NCBI GenBank assembly: GCA_016186045.1
Contig: JACPMJ010000005.1
Coordinates: 7,143 to 71,142 of the forward strand
Source of the DNA: Candidatus Uhrbacteria bacterium
GTDB lineage: Bacteria > Patescibacteriota > Patescibacteriia > JACQRZ01
Direction: 5' to 3'
DNA length: 64,000 nucleotides
Below, one piece after another: positions 38,716 through 46,185 of the stretch (its first letter is position 1; each line of letters opens with the position of its first letter). The position numbers were made by a program, and so were the translations under genes. Below the pieces are notes generated by a model that worked only from the letters and a program-made list of their open reading frames with translations, was not told the origin of the DNA and did not search any database.

Positions 38716-39381
38716 CTATGCGGCGCTCTCTTCGGTGTCGCTCTCACTTTCACTTGGCAAGACCAGAGCCTCGAACACGAGATCCTTTTCCTCCTCGTAC
38801 TTGAGGACGTCGAACTTGGTGACGATGAACTTGCCGAATCGCGGCCGATAGTCGCCAATGCCATTGTGTTGGCCTGCGCGGACGAGAATGCTCTGAAGCA
38901 CCTCTACCGGCAAGATGCGTTCGTCCAAAACGGAGAGCGTGAATTCCGTGCACCACTCCTCCAAGCGAGGCCGTGCGCGAAGCACACGGGCGGTACCGAT
39001 ACGTGCCGGACGCTTGTCGATGGCGTAGTCGTAGAGCTTCTCTCCCTTGAGATTCGTGATTCCCGAATACTCTGGAAAGACGCCTACGCCGCCCTTCACC
39101 GGATCCTTGAAGGTCTTCTTTCCCTGCCCCTTCACTTGGAAGGAGCTTGCCGCCTTTACCATGGTTTGGTAGACGTGCTCTCCGGGAACGCAGAGCTGGC
39201 CCTTCTTGTCGCCATTCGCCGGGTCAAGGCGATAGGCTCCCTGCTCCGCCTCCACCTCCGGGAGTGGCGGACCTGTCTTTCTGGACTTGACCGTGCCCTC
39301 CAGCTCGGCCGTGGCCTCCATGGAGAACTTGTGCATGAGAAGAGGGGCAGATCCTTGGATTTTCACTGCGACTTCGTACAT
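38716..39381 (-). CDS. hypothetical protein (221 aa) in GC-rich island, flanked by direct C-type arrays
   Basis: ORF with GC-rich codons; no motifs recognised. Confidence 0.5.
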   Translation of the reverse strand: MYEVAVKIQGSAPLLMHKFSMEATAELEGTVKSRKTGPPLPEVEAEQGAYRLDPANGDKKGQLCVPGEHVYQTMVKAASSFQVKGQGKKTFKDPVKGGVGVFPEYSGITNLKGEKLYDYAIDKRPARIGTARVLRARPRLEEWCTEFTLSVLDERILPVEVLQSILVRAGQHNGIGDYRPRFGKFIVTKFDVLKYEEEKDLVFEALVLPSESESDTEESAA

Positions 39382-39423
39382 CTCTCGTACCTCCTTACCT
39401 TAAATTGAGAGAGTTTTCGAATG

Positions 39424-39512
39424 GGCCCTACCTTACCGTGCCTTACCACGCCTTACCACGCCTAACCTCGCCACGCCCAGCCAGACCGCAACCCCACCAG
39501 ACCAAACCCTAT
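39424..39512. repeat. C-type array: (NNNCC)x13 decaying to NNNAC, begins GCCCTACCTTACCGTGCCTTACC
   Basis: Same orientation and 5' sequence as 38587 copy. Confidence 0.75.
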
Positions 39513-39667
39513 ATGAGTATAAAGCGGGCTGGTAAGCTGATTTCCTTATAAAAAGGATACATTGAGGACGAGCTTAGTATAGAACACATTGTATGGTTTT
39601 GTCAAGGGTCAATACCCTGAAAAAAGAAAAAGGGTTCGACGTATTTGTCGAACCCGTGGGTTTTTGT

Positions 39668-41908
39668 TTAGGAGAGACTGAATACGAGATTATCCAGACT
39701 TCCAAGTAGGAACGGAGTATCACTCAGTGCGCACGCGGCGATTTTTTCGCACGTGAGTGAGGTGAGTGATGCCGTGTATCTTTCTTTGGACGGTACGGGA
39801 CTTTCCTTCAACTCCTGCTGTGCCTCCTCGCACAATGGAAGGTGAATGGCGAGATGCTCGCCGCCAAAGGAGATACCGAAGGCGCTGGCGTCAGAAGGAT
39901 TCAGCCGAATCGCTTCACCCCAATCTTCCCTCCGGGAGAGATGCATACGCATGGGAACGTATATGTCGGAATACGTCGCAAGGACCATGTGGTGATCCAT
40001 GTATGCCGACATCATCTCGAGGATATACGGTTCGAGTACTCCGCCTTCGAGCAAAACACCCGCCTCCTTTACGGTCATTGCTCGGCCGTCGGCGACAATC
40101 GTACTCATGATGATCGGTTTGAGAAGTTCAGTCGCGATAGTGGTCGGGATTCCCAGCATCTTTTTTTGAAGAGAGGGATCCGGCACACACACCGCGGTTG
40201 CGGAATAGTCTACCCGCCGCTCATAGAAGTCTCTCGCGGCATTATCGATCTCCATATCGATACTCTGAAGAAGACGGCCAAATGAACCCTGGAGTGTGGT
40301 ATTGCGCATCAGCGTTTCTACCGCCTCCTGTACCATTTGGCACTCGTTTCTGATGATGATCTCTGGGGCACCCATCTCCATCAGACGACTGACACGATTA
40401 TTCCTACCGATAATGCGTCGATACAGATCGTTGAGATCTGATGTTGCGAAAGTTTTTGCATCGTATCGGACCATCGGTCGGAGGTTGGTGGGCAGAACCG
40501 GGAGATTGCGTATAAGGAAGCGTGAGATATCAACCCCTCGCTCCATGCACACGCTCTCGAGTGCCGCCACTCCCCAGTCGCTTGGTTCGGCATCGTCATC
40601 ATCATCCACTATGGATCGTTTGTAATCGATGACAGCGAGAATGCCCTCGATATCTCCGATGCCGACTTGTGCAATAGTTTGTGCACATTGCAGCTTGAGC
40701 CATGGATGGACAACCGGAATCGCAAGTTTGATATGACCAAACCTGCTATTCGGTGCCAAGTGTGTATCAACTTGGACGCCGCACTTCATGCACGTGATAC
40801 CCTTATGCCTGATGCCCTCGAGTCTGCCACAACTGCACTTCAGATCTCGGCCGTTTCCGAAGATCGCCTCGCAGAAGAGACCTTCGTGTTCTGGCTTCAA
40901 TGTTTTGTAGCTGATGGTCTCTGGACGTTTTACCTCGCCGTGTGACTGCTTGACGATCTGCGCATCGGTTATGCGCATGATATGTAGAGCACCATCTTCA
41001 ACTTTCGTTGAGAAACCGCACCCAACCATCAATGTTGCAAGTCGATGTGCGGAGTGAGTCGGTGGTGTTTCCAATGCGGGGACGGGATTTCGGAGAAGCA
41101 ATGCTTCATATGCTGTTGCTCGCGCGCGTATGCCGCTTGATTTGACCATAGCCATTTCCACAGCGTTCTGTACGTATCCGAGGTGCGCAAACTTTTGGAT
41201 GTTGACCTTTTGTCCTGGATTTGGATGTTCCGATAGGGGCTGTTGAGTGACTAGGCTATACCGTCCAGTCGAACGTCCAGCCAACTTGTCTTCCATGCGC
41301 CGCGTTATTTTCGTGAGTTTCACGGCACGAAATGCAGGACCATCCGAATCCGGAACTGGAAGTCCCTTGAGGATATCAGCGTCTGGATGGACGAGAATAT
41401 CCGTACCAAAGGAAAAGCATCCCTTGGCGCTGAACCCTGCTACGACCAAGGTATGGCCGTGGTTATCATTAAGGACATCGCCGACAGCCAGCTTGCGCTG
41501 GATGAGGAGGTCGATGGTTACGACCTTACCCTTGTTGAAATCCTTGATCTCTACGTTTGTGACCAACGCCTCATCCCGCTGTTTTGCGATCGCGACGATG
41601 GGTTGTGTCTGGGCAAGCGTTGCGGCGAGTACCGAGCGCTGTGCGACTTTCGTACCGACCATCACTACGCCATTCTTATCCAGATTCGCACCCGGAAAGT
41701 ACCCCTCGAAGTCTGCGGGTTTTGCGCTTTTTGCCGGCGCATCGATAGAGAATGGTGACTGGCGCTCCAGAAGCGCGGTGTCAAACCGCCCCTGATCGCG
41801 CACCTCCTCTGATACGATGCAGGCGTTGCCGGTCAGCTGCGGATATGTCCGCAGAAGGTTTTTTCCGGCTATTCGGAGTCTGAGTCTTGATTTCCCATCC
41901 AGGATCAT
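39668..41908 (-). CDS. RNA polymerase clamp-module homolog: RpoB C-terminal-like region fused to RpoC N-terminal-like region, catalytic residues not conserved
   Basis: RSTGRYSLVTQQPL (beta), EVKRPETISYKTLKPEHEGLFCEAIFG, zinc finger CSCG...CMKCG, FATSDLNDLYRRIIGRNNR clamp helices, RVDYSATAV; NADFDGDQM replaced by AYMDHHM. Confidence 0.6.
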   Translation of the reverse strand: MILDGKSRLRLRIAGKNLLRTYPQLTGNACIVSEEVRDQGRFDTALLERQSPFSIDAPAKSAKPADFEGYFPGANLDKNGVVMVGTKVAQRSVLAATLAQTQPIVAIAKQRDEALVTNVEIKDFNKGKVVTIDLLIQRKLAVGDVLNDNHGHTLVVAGFSAKGCFSFGTDILVHPDADILKGLPVPDSDGPAFRAVKLTKITRRMEDKLAGRSTGRYSLVTQQPLSEHPNPGQKVNIQKFAHLGYVQNAVEMAMVKSSGIRARATAYEALLLRNPVPALETPPTHSAHRLATLMVGCGFSTKVEDGALHIMRITDAQIVKQSHGEVKRPETISYKTLKPEHEGLFCEAIFGNGRDLKCSCGRLEGIRHKGITCMKCGVQVDTHLAPNSRFGHIKLAIPVVHPWLKLQCAQTIAQVGIGDIEGILAVIDYKRSIVDDDDDAEPSDWGVAALESVCMERGVDISRFLIRNLPVLPTNLRPMVRYDAKTFATSDLNDLYRRIIGRNNRVSRLMEMGAPEIIIRNECQMVQEAVETLMRNTTLQGSFGRLLQSIDMEIDNAARDFYERRVDYSATAVCVPDPSLQKKMLGIPTTIATELLKPIIMSTIVADGRAMTVKEAGVLLEGGVLEPYILEMMSAYMDHHMVLATYSDIYVPMRMHLSRREDWGEAIRLNPSDASAFGISFGGEHLAIHLPLCEEAQQELKESPVPSKERYTASLTSLTCEKIAACALSDTPFLLGSLDNLVFSLS

Positions 41909-42023
41909 CGGATTCCTCCTTGCATCCCGTCTTCCGACAGGTAAAGCCCGGTTTTCCCGAGCGTGTCAAAGAACCGATAGTAATGTACATGCATGAATTA
42001 TATATTGTCAAGGAGCTGTACTG

Positions 42024-42150
42024 AGGCCGTTGCAAAACTCAGCTAAGCATGTCATTCCCGCGAAGGCGGGAATCCAGTTCTTTTAATTTAAGAAGAATTC
42101 TGGATCCCCGATCAGGTCGGGGATGACAATCGGAGGGTTTTGCAACGGTC
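42024..42150. mobile_element. MITE-like insertion with about 15-bp TIRs (AGGCCGTTGCAAAACTC / GAGGGTTTTGCAACGGTC) carrying a GTCATTCCCGCGAAGGCGGGAATC...GGGGATGACAA palindromic element; flanked by 18-bp direct repeats TGTCAAGGAGCTGTAC(TG/AG) at 42006-42023 and 42158-42175
   Basis: TIRs and direct repeats read directly. Confidence 0.7.
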
Positions 42151-42195
42151 TCTGTACTGTCAAGGAGCTGTACAGCGCGAGTACATAGGTAACAC

Positions 42196-42672
42196 TTACT
42201 TGTCGCCAAAGCGCTTTTTATATCGCGCAGTAATCTCATCCACGAGATACTTTAAGAAAGTATCTTCTCTTACCGTTTTTAGTACCGGCTCCTCGAGAAT
42301 ATCGAGCAGAAATACTCCTGAGGCGACGAGTGTGAAGCAGATGCCGCATTCATCCGCATGCATGTCTCTCGGCTTTCCTGTACTTACGGCGATCGCCGTC
42401 CGAAGAATTTGTACGTCGCTGAAATGCGGATTTTCTCCGACCGATCGGATTCCGATCGAACGAAGAATCATGATCATCATCTCCTCACCCATCTGATTTT
42501 TCTTCACATTTCCTCCTTCGAGAATTCTTTTTAATCCCATCCATGTGCGCACACAGATATATGGATTAGCCAAAAATCCTCTCTTCAGGAAATCTACTAT
42601 ACATAGTAGTGATTTCCTGGAGAGAAGGCGCGAAGGTTTCTCTATGTCCTTCGCGCAAATATTCCTGAGCAC
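42196..42672 (-). CDS. hypothetical small protein (158 aa; 5' end overlaps hairpin repeats, true start may be internal)
   Basis: ORF only. Confidence 0.3.
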   Translation of the reverse strand: MLRNICAKDIEKPSRLLSRKSLLCIVDFLKRGFLANPYICVRTWMGLKRILEGGNVKKNQMGEEMMIMILRSIGIRSVGENPHFSDVQILRTAIAVSTGKPRDMHADECGICFTLVASGVFLLDILEEPVLKTVREDTFLKYLVDEITARYKKRFGDK

Positions 42673-42701
42673 CTATCAGTCAAGAACTACTCGTTCTCCT
42701 A

Positions 42702-44165
42702 CTATGGCACGAGGCGCTTGTAGCGACGATTGATATATCGCCGCATGAATCCGGAAACTTGCGCCTCCGCATGGAACTTAGCGTGCCCGATACTCATACG
42801 ACGCCCATCACTGACGAAGCAGTTCAGGAAGTCCTGATCCGTCATCGTGGTAACCACCTTGAGTCGCTCATCGTCAAGGATTGCCTTGAATTCTGGCACG
42901 AGTGCGAGTCGTGACGGAATTTTCAGGTCATTCCCAAGATCAACGGCGTTCCCGAATAGTTTATTGGGATCTACTCTACCGAGTCGCGCGGCCATGGCTC
43001 TGAAGTGAGTCATAATCTGACTCCTGTAGCGAGTCTTATACGGCTCTTGCACGAATACCGCCTCGGGCACGTGGCGATAGTCATGGATGAAAGCAGCATG
43101 CGCCAGCGCATTAGCGATAACAGTATCTGCTGTCGCCAACTCGCGAGCCACAAGCTCCTCCATTCGCCCCGTGAATTCATTCGGAAAGAGATACACAAGA
43201 CGCTGAAATGTTTTGCGATCGTCCCCTTTTGGCACACCCGGAAGAGCATCGAAGAAAGCGTTGATGATATCCCTCCTCGTCTCTTCGTCATAGTCGAGGT
43301 ACCAGCACCGCTGGCTGACGACGCTGATATCCCCGCTCCAATAGAGGTACCGTCGCGACGGAACCTCCATGCCACGCAGGAGCTCCTCCACGATCAGATA
43401 GATCAGCTGATCGCCCTCCAAGATACGATTCTTTTGGGCTTCGTTCTGGAAAGCGAAATGCCGACTTGCATAATCGATCACCTCTCGAATGAGCGCTGGC
43501 TCGATCCGTCCATCCGATGTGAATGCCTTGGACCGGAACTCGATCACGTCGCGAATGTCCGCAACTGGAATAGGAATGAACCCGACGTGTCCGTCCCGCC
43601 GTTTCTCCCGTTGGGCGATCGCGGCAGCCGCTTGCTTCCGACGAAGTGACCCTGTGGCGTACTGGACAATGAAATCAACCACCGGAAAGGACCGCTCGAT
43701 CTGAACGGGTTCCGTCCTATTCTCGTTGACAGGAAGGTCAATCACTGTGCGTCCGAGGCACGCCGCCGAGAAAATCGGCGGGATGCCAGCCGCTCTGAAG
43801 TCGCGTGCGCGCTGTTCGATCTTGTCTAGCAGCGCTGACGATGCCATCTGTTCACCAGCTAAAACGAGTTTTAGGTGATCGTAATGTGGGCCGTAAAAAT
43901 ATCCCTCACACATCACGAGAAAGCGCCGCGCTCGCTGACACGCAGATTCATATTCCCGTAAGTCAACGAATGTATATACATTGTCTCGCTTACGGTAGAG
44001 GCGCTTGATACCCGCCTGATTGAATACCTCTTCAGAGATACTTCGAACACTTAGGTTACCAGCAAGCTGGCTTATCTGAGCTGCCAATTGAGAAGTGCTC
44101 CGGGCCATTGCTGGCCTCCTTTCAAATTTCAATGAAATTTCAATGAACTTTCCCCTCACCTTCAA
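42702..44165 (-). CDS. hypothetical protein (487 aa), GC-rich island
   Basis: ORF only; no motif recognised. Confidence 0.5.
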   Translation of the reverse strand: MKVRGKFIEISLKFERRPAMARSTSQLAAQISQLAGNLSVRSISEEVFNQAGIKRLYRKRDNVYTFVDLREYESACQRARRFLVMCEGYFYGPHYDHLKLVLAGEQMASSALLDKIEQRARDFRAAGIPPIFSAACLGRTVIDLPVNENRTEPVQIERSFPVVDFIVQYATGSLRRKQAAAAIAQREKRRDGHVGFIPIPVADIRDVIEFRSKAFTSDGRIEPALIREVIDYASRHFAFQNEAQKNRILEGDQLIYLIVEELLRGMEVPSRRYLYWSGDISVVSQRCWYLDYDEETRRDIINAFFDALPGVPKGDDRKTFQRLVYLFPNEFTGRMEELVARELATADTVIANALAHAAFIHDYRHVPEAVFVQEPYKTRYRSQIMTHFRAMAARLGRVDPNKLFGNAVDLGNDLKIPSRLALVPEFKAILDDERLKVVTTMTDQDFLNCFVSDGRRMSIGHAKFHAEAQVSGFMRRYINRRYKRLVP

Positions 44166-44359
44166 AACACCACTAATTGATGTCCTGAAGAGAAAGTGGG
44201 AGCAAATCAGTACGAATACTATCTACTCCCAAATTACTTCAACCCCGTATCTTTTCACGCGCCGGCGATTATCCCGGCAAACTTCGCGACGGCCCCTTCG
44301 ACAAGGACGCTCGTCACCTCCTCGTCCATGCAGTCATGAATATACTCCCTTCTTCTTGG

Positions 44360-45055
44360 CTATACTGACGTTGGAACGTAAAACTCAAGAATGTCGATAG
44401 TTCGTTCGATGCCGTCTCGTATTGTGTCTATCATGGAGACAAGTTCCTCTATAGATCGATACGCGAGCGGTGGTGCTTCTGGAAGAACCAGCGACGGTTC
44501 GCTCGACCCTTGTCCGAAGAGCTGTGAGATAATCCTCCTACCATTACTTGGTAGGGTACGCGCCTCTCGAAGTTGATTCTCGTACTCCCACCGAAGATCC
44601 CGGATCAAATTTCTGTACTCAATACGAGCCAGATCCTCTACCCAGACTTTATCCTCCTTAACCTCAATGATCATCTCACCTTTTAGACGTTCTGGCCCGA
44701 GCAGATATCTATCACTCTCTTTGTCATACCGACAACCCACATAATTTGCTATGGAGCCTAAGTATAGAGCTCTATGGCCTGCCCAACGAATCCGTATGAC
44801 GGTTCTGCTAAAAGCAATGTAGAGTGATCCCTCCATATTGTCTCCTTGGGCATGAAAGAGTTGACCACGTTCATGAACGATCCCCATGTTGGGGTTTACC
44901 TTATGTCCCATCCTCCAATGTCCAACGGAAACAAGACCGCCAATCTTTTGGAGTTTCTTGGTCTCCGAGAGTACATCGAGTACATGCATCAGCTCGTTAT
45001 ACTTTTCAGTGAGATTACTCACAGACTCCTGAACGGCCACGTTACAAATTTCCAT
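44360..45055 (-). CDS. hypothetical protein (231 aa), GC-rich island; His-rich patch GHWRMGHKVNPNMGIVHERGQLFH
   Basis: ORF only. Confidence 0.45.
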   Translation of the reverse strand: MEICNVAVQESVSNLTEKYNELMHVLDVLSETKKLQKIGGLVSVGHWRMGHKVNPNMGIVHERGQLFHAQGDNMEGSLYIAFSRTVIRIRWAGHRALYLGSIANYVGCRYDKESDRYLLGPERLKGEMIIEVKEDKVWVEDLARIEYRNLIRDLRWEYENQLREARTLPSNGRRIISQLFGQGSSEPSLVLPEAPPLAYRSIEELVSMIDTIRDGIERTIDILEFYVPTSV

Positions 45056-45420
45056 GAAATCTCCAGAGAAGGCTATAACCCCACTCGGCCTTTACCGAAT
45101 GCAAGGCGGATTTTCACCCTCACTTCAGAGCATGCAGAGAGAGCTCCGATGCCCTGAAGAGAAGGTGAAATATTTTCTATATCTAAAACATGGCTATTCT
45201 CCTTTCTTCAAGGGTTGAAGATTGTAAGGAACAATTTGTATTACTATAATCCAAATATAACAGAGAGAAATAACATGTCAATAGCAAATTGACCACTTTT
45301 CATTATAATTTCAAGATTATTCTGACCATAATAAAAGGATTTACTACAATAAGAGGAAAATATGTCAGATGTATTTGACATTGTTAAATTATATGATATA
45401 ATTAAATCAACATTCTCTGT

Positions 45421-46185
45421 ATGTATCAAACATTACTCACACAACTCGGACTCGCAGAAAAAGAGGCGACCATCTATGAAACGCTCGTAGAAAAGGGCTC
45501 ATTGACTGCTGGACGCCTACTGAAAGAACTTCCCTACAAACGAGGAGATATGTATTACCTTCTTTCACGATTAAAGGAAAAGGGATTAGTGACAGATGTC
45601 CTTTCCAAAAAGGGAGTTGCAGTATTTACAGCTGCGAATCCCACAACTCTTGAATCACTCGCAGAAAAAGTTCTTGAAAAGGCTCAGCAGATAAAAACAG
45701 GTCTGGATGCCGCACTTCCAAACCTGAAATCTCTATACAATCTCGCAATGGAGAAACCTGGCATGCGCTTCTATGAAGGTGAGGCGGGAATATGGAAACT
45801 ACTCAATGACACTCTTGACTCAAAAACCGAACTTCTCTTTTTGGGTGATCACGACGCAATTAACACTCATATTCCGACACTCAATAAAGATTATGTACTT
45901 AAAAGAAAAAAACGACACATCAAAAAGCGTCTTATCCAATTTGATACGCCATCCGCTCGCGCATTTGCACGTACCGGTGATGAATTCACCGAGGTTCGAC
46001 TTATTGCCACGGATGCGTCAAACATCCGAAGTTTCATGCATATCTATGATAACAAGGTATCGTATGTAACGTTTTTGGAAACCGCATTCATCGGCGTTCT
46101 TATTGAAGATCCAATGTTCTATCAACTTCAACGAGTAATGTTTGAATATATGTGGAAAACTGCCACACGTTTTACGAATTCCTAA
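45421..46185 (+). CDS. TrmB-family transcriptional regulator
   Basis: N-terminal winged HTH LGLAEKEATIYETLVEKGSLTAGRLLKELPYKRGDMYYLLSRLKEKGLV. Confidence 0.7.
   Translation: MYQTLLTQLGLAEKEATIYETLVEKGSLTAGRLLKELPYKRGDMYYLLSRLKEKGLVTDVLSKKGVAVFTAANPTTLESLAEKVLEKAQQIKTGLDAALPNLKSLYNLAMEKPGMRFYEGEAGIWKLLNDTLDSKTELLFLGDHDAINTHIPTLNKDYVLKRKKRHIKKRLIQFDTPSARAFARTGDEFTEVRLIATDASNIRSFMHIYDNKVSYVTFLETAFIGVLIEDPMFYQLQRVMFEYMWKTATRFTNS

Noticed and set aside
38587-39512. C-type periodic arrays considered as CRISPR repeats
   Set aside because: Period is 5 nt with no repeat-spacer organisation; no cas genes in the window.
42196-42672. Whether the 158-aa ORF is a genuine fifth island gene
   Set aside because: Not rejected outright but downgraded: its first 25 codons are made of two hairpin repeats (GGAAATCTACTATACATAGTAGTGATTTCC and GCGCGAAGG...CCTTCGCGC); a shorter internal start is possible.
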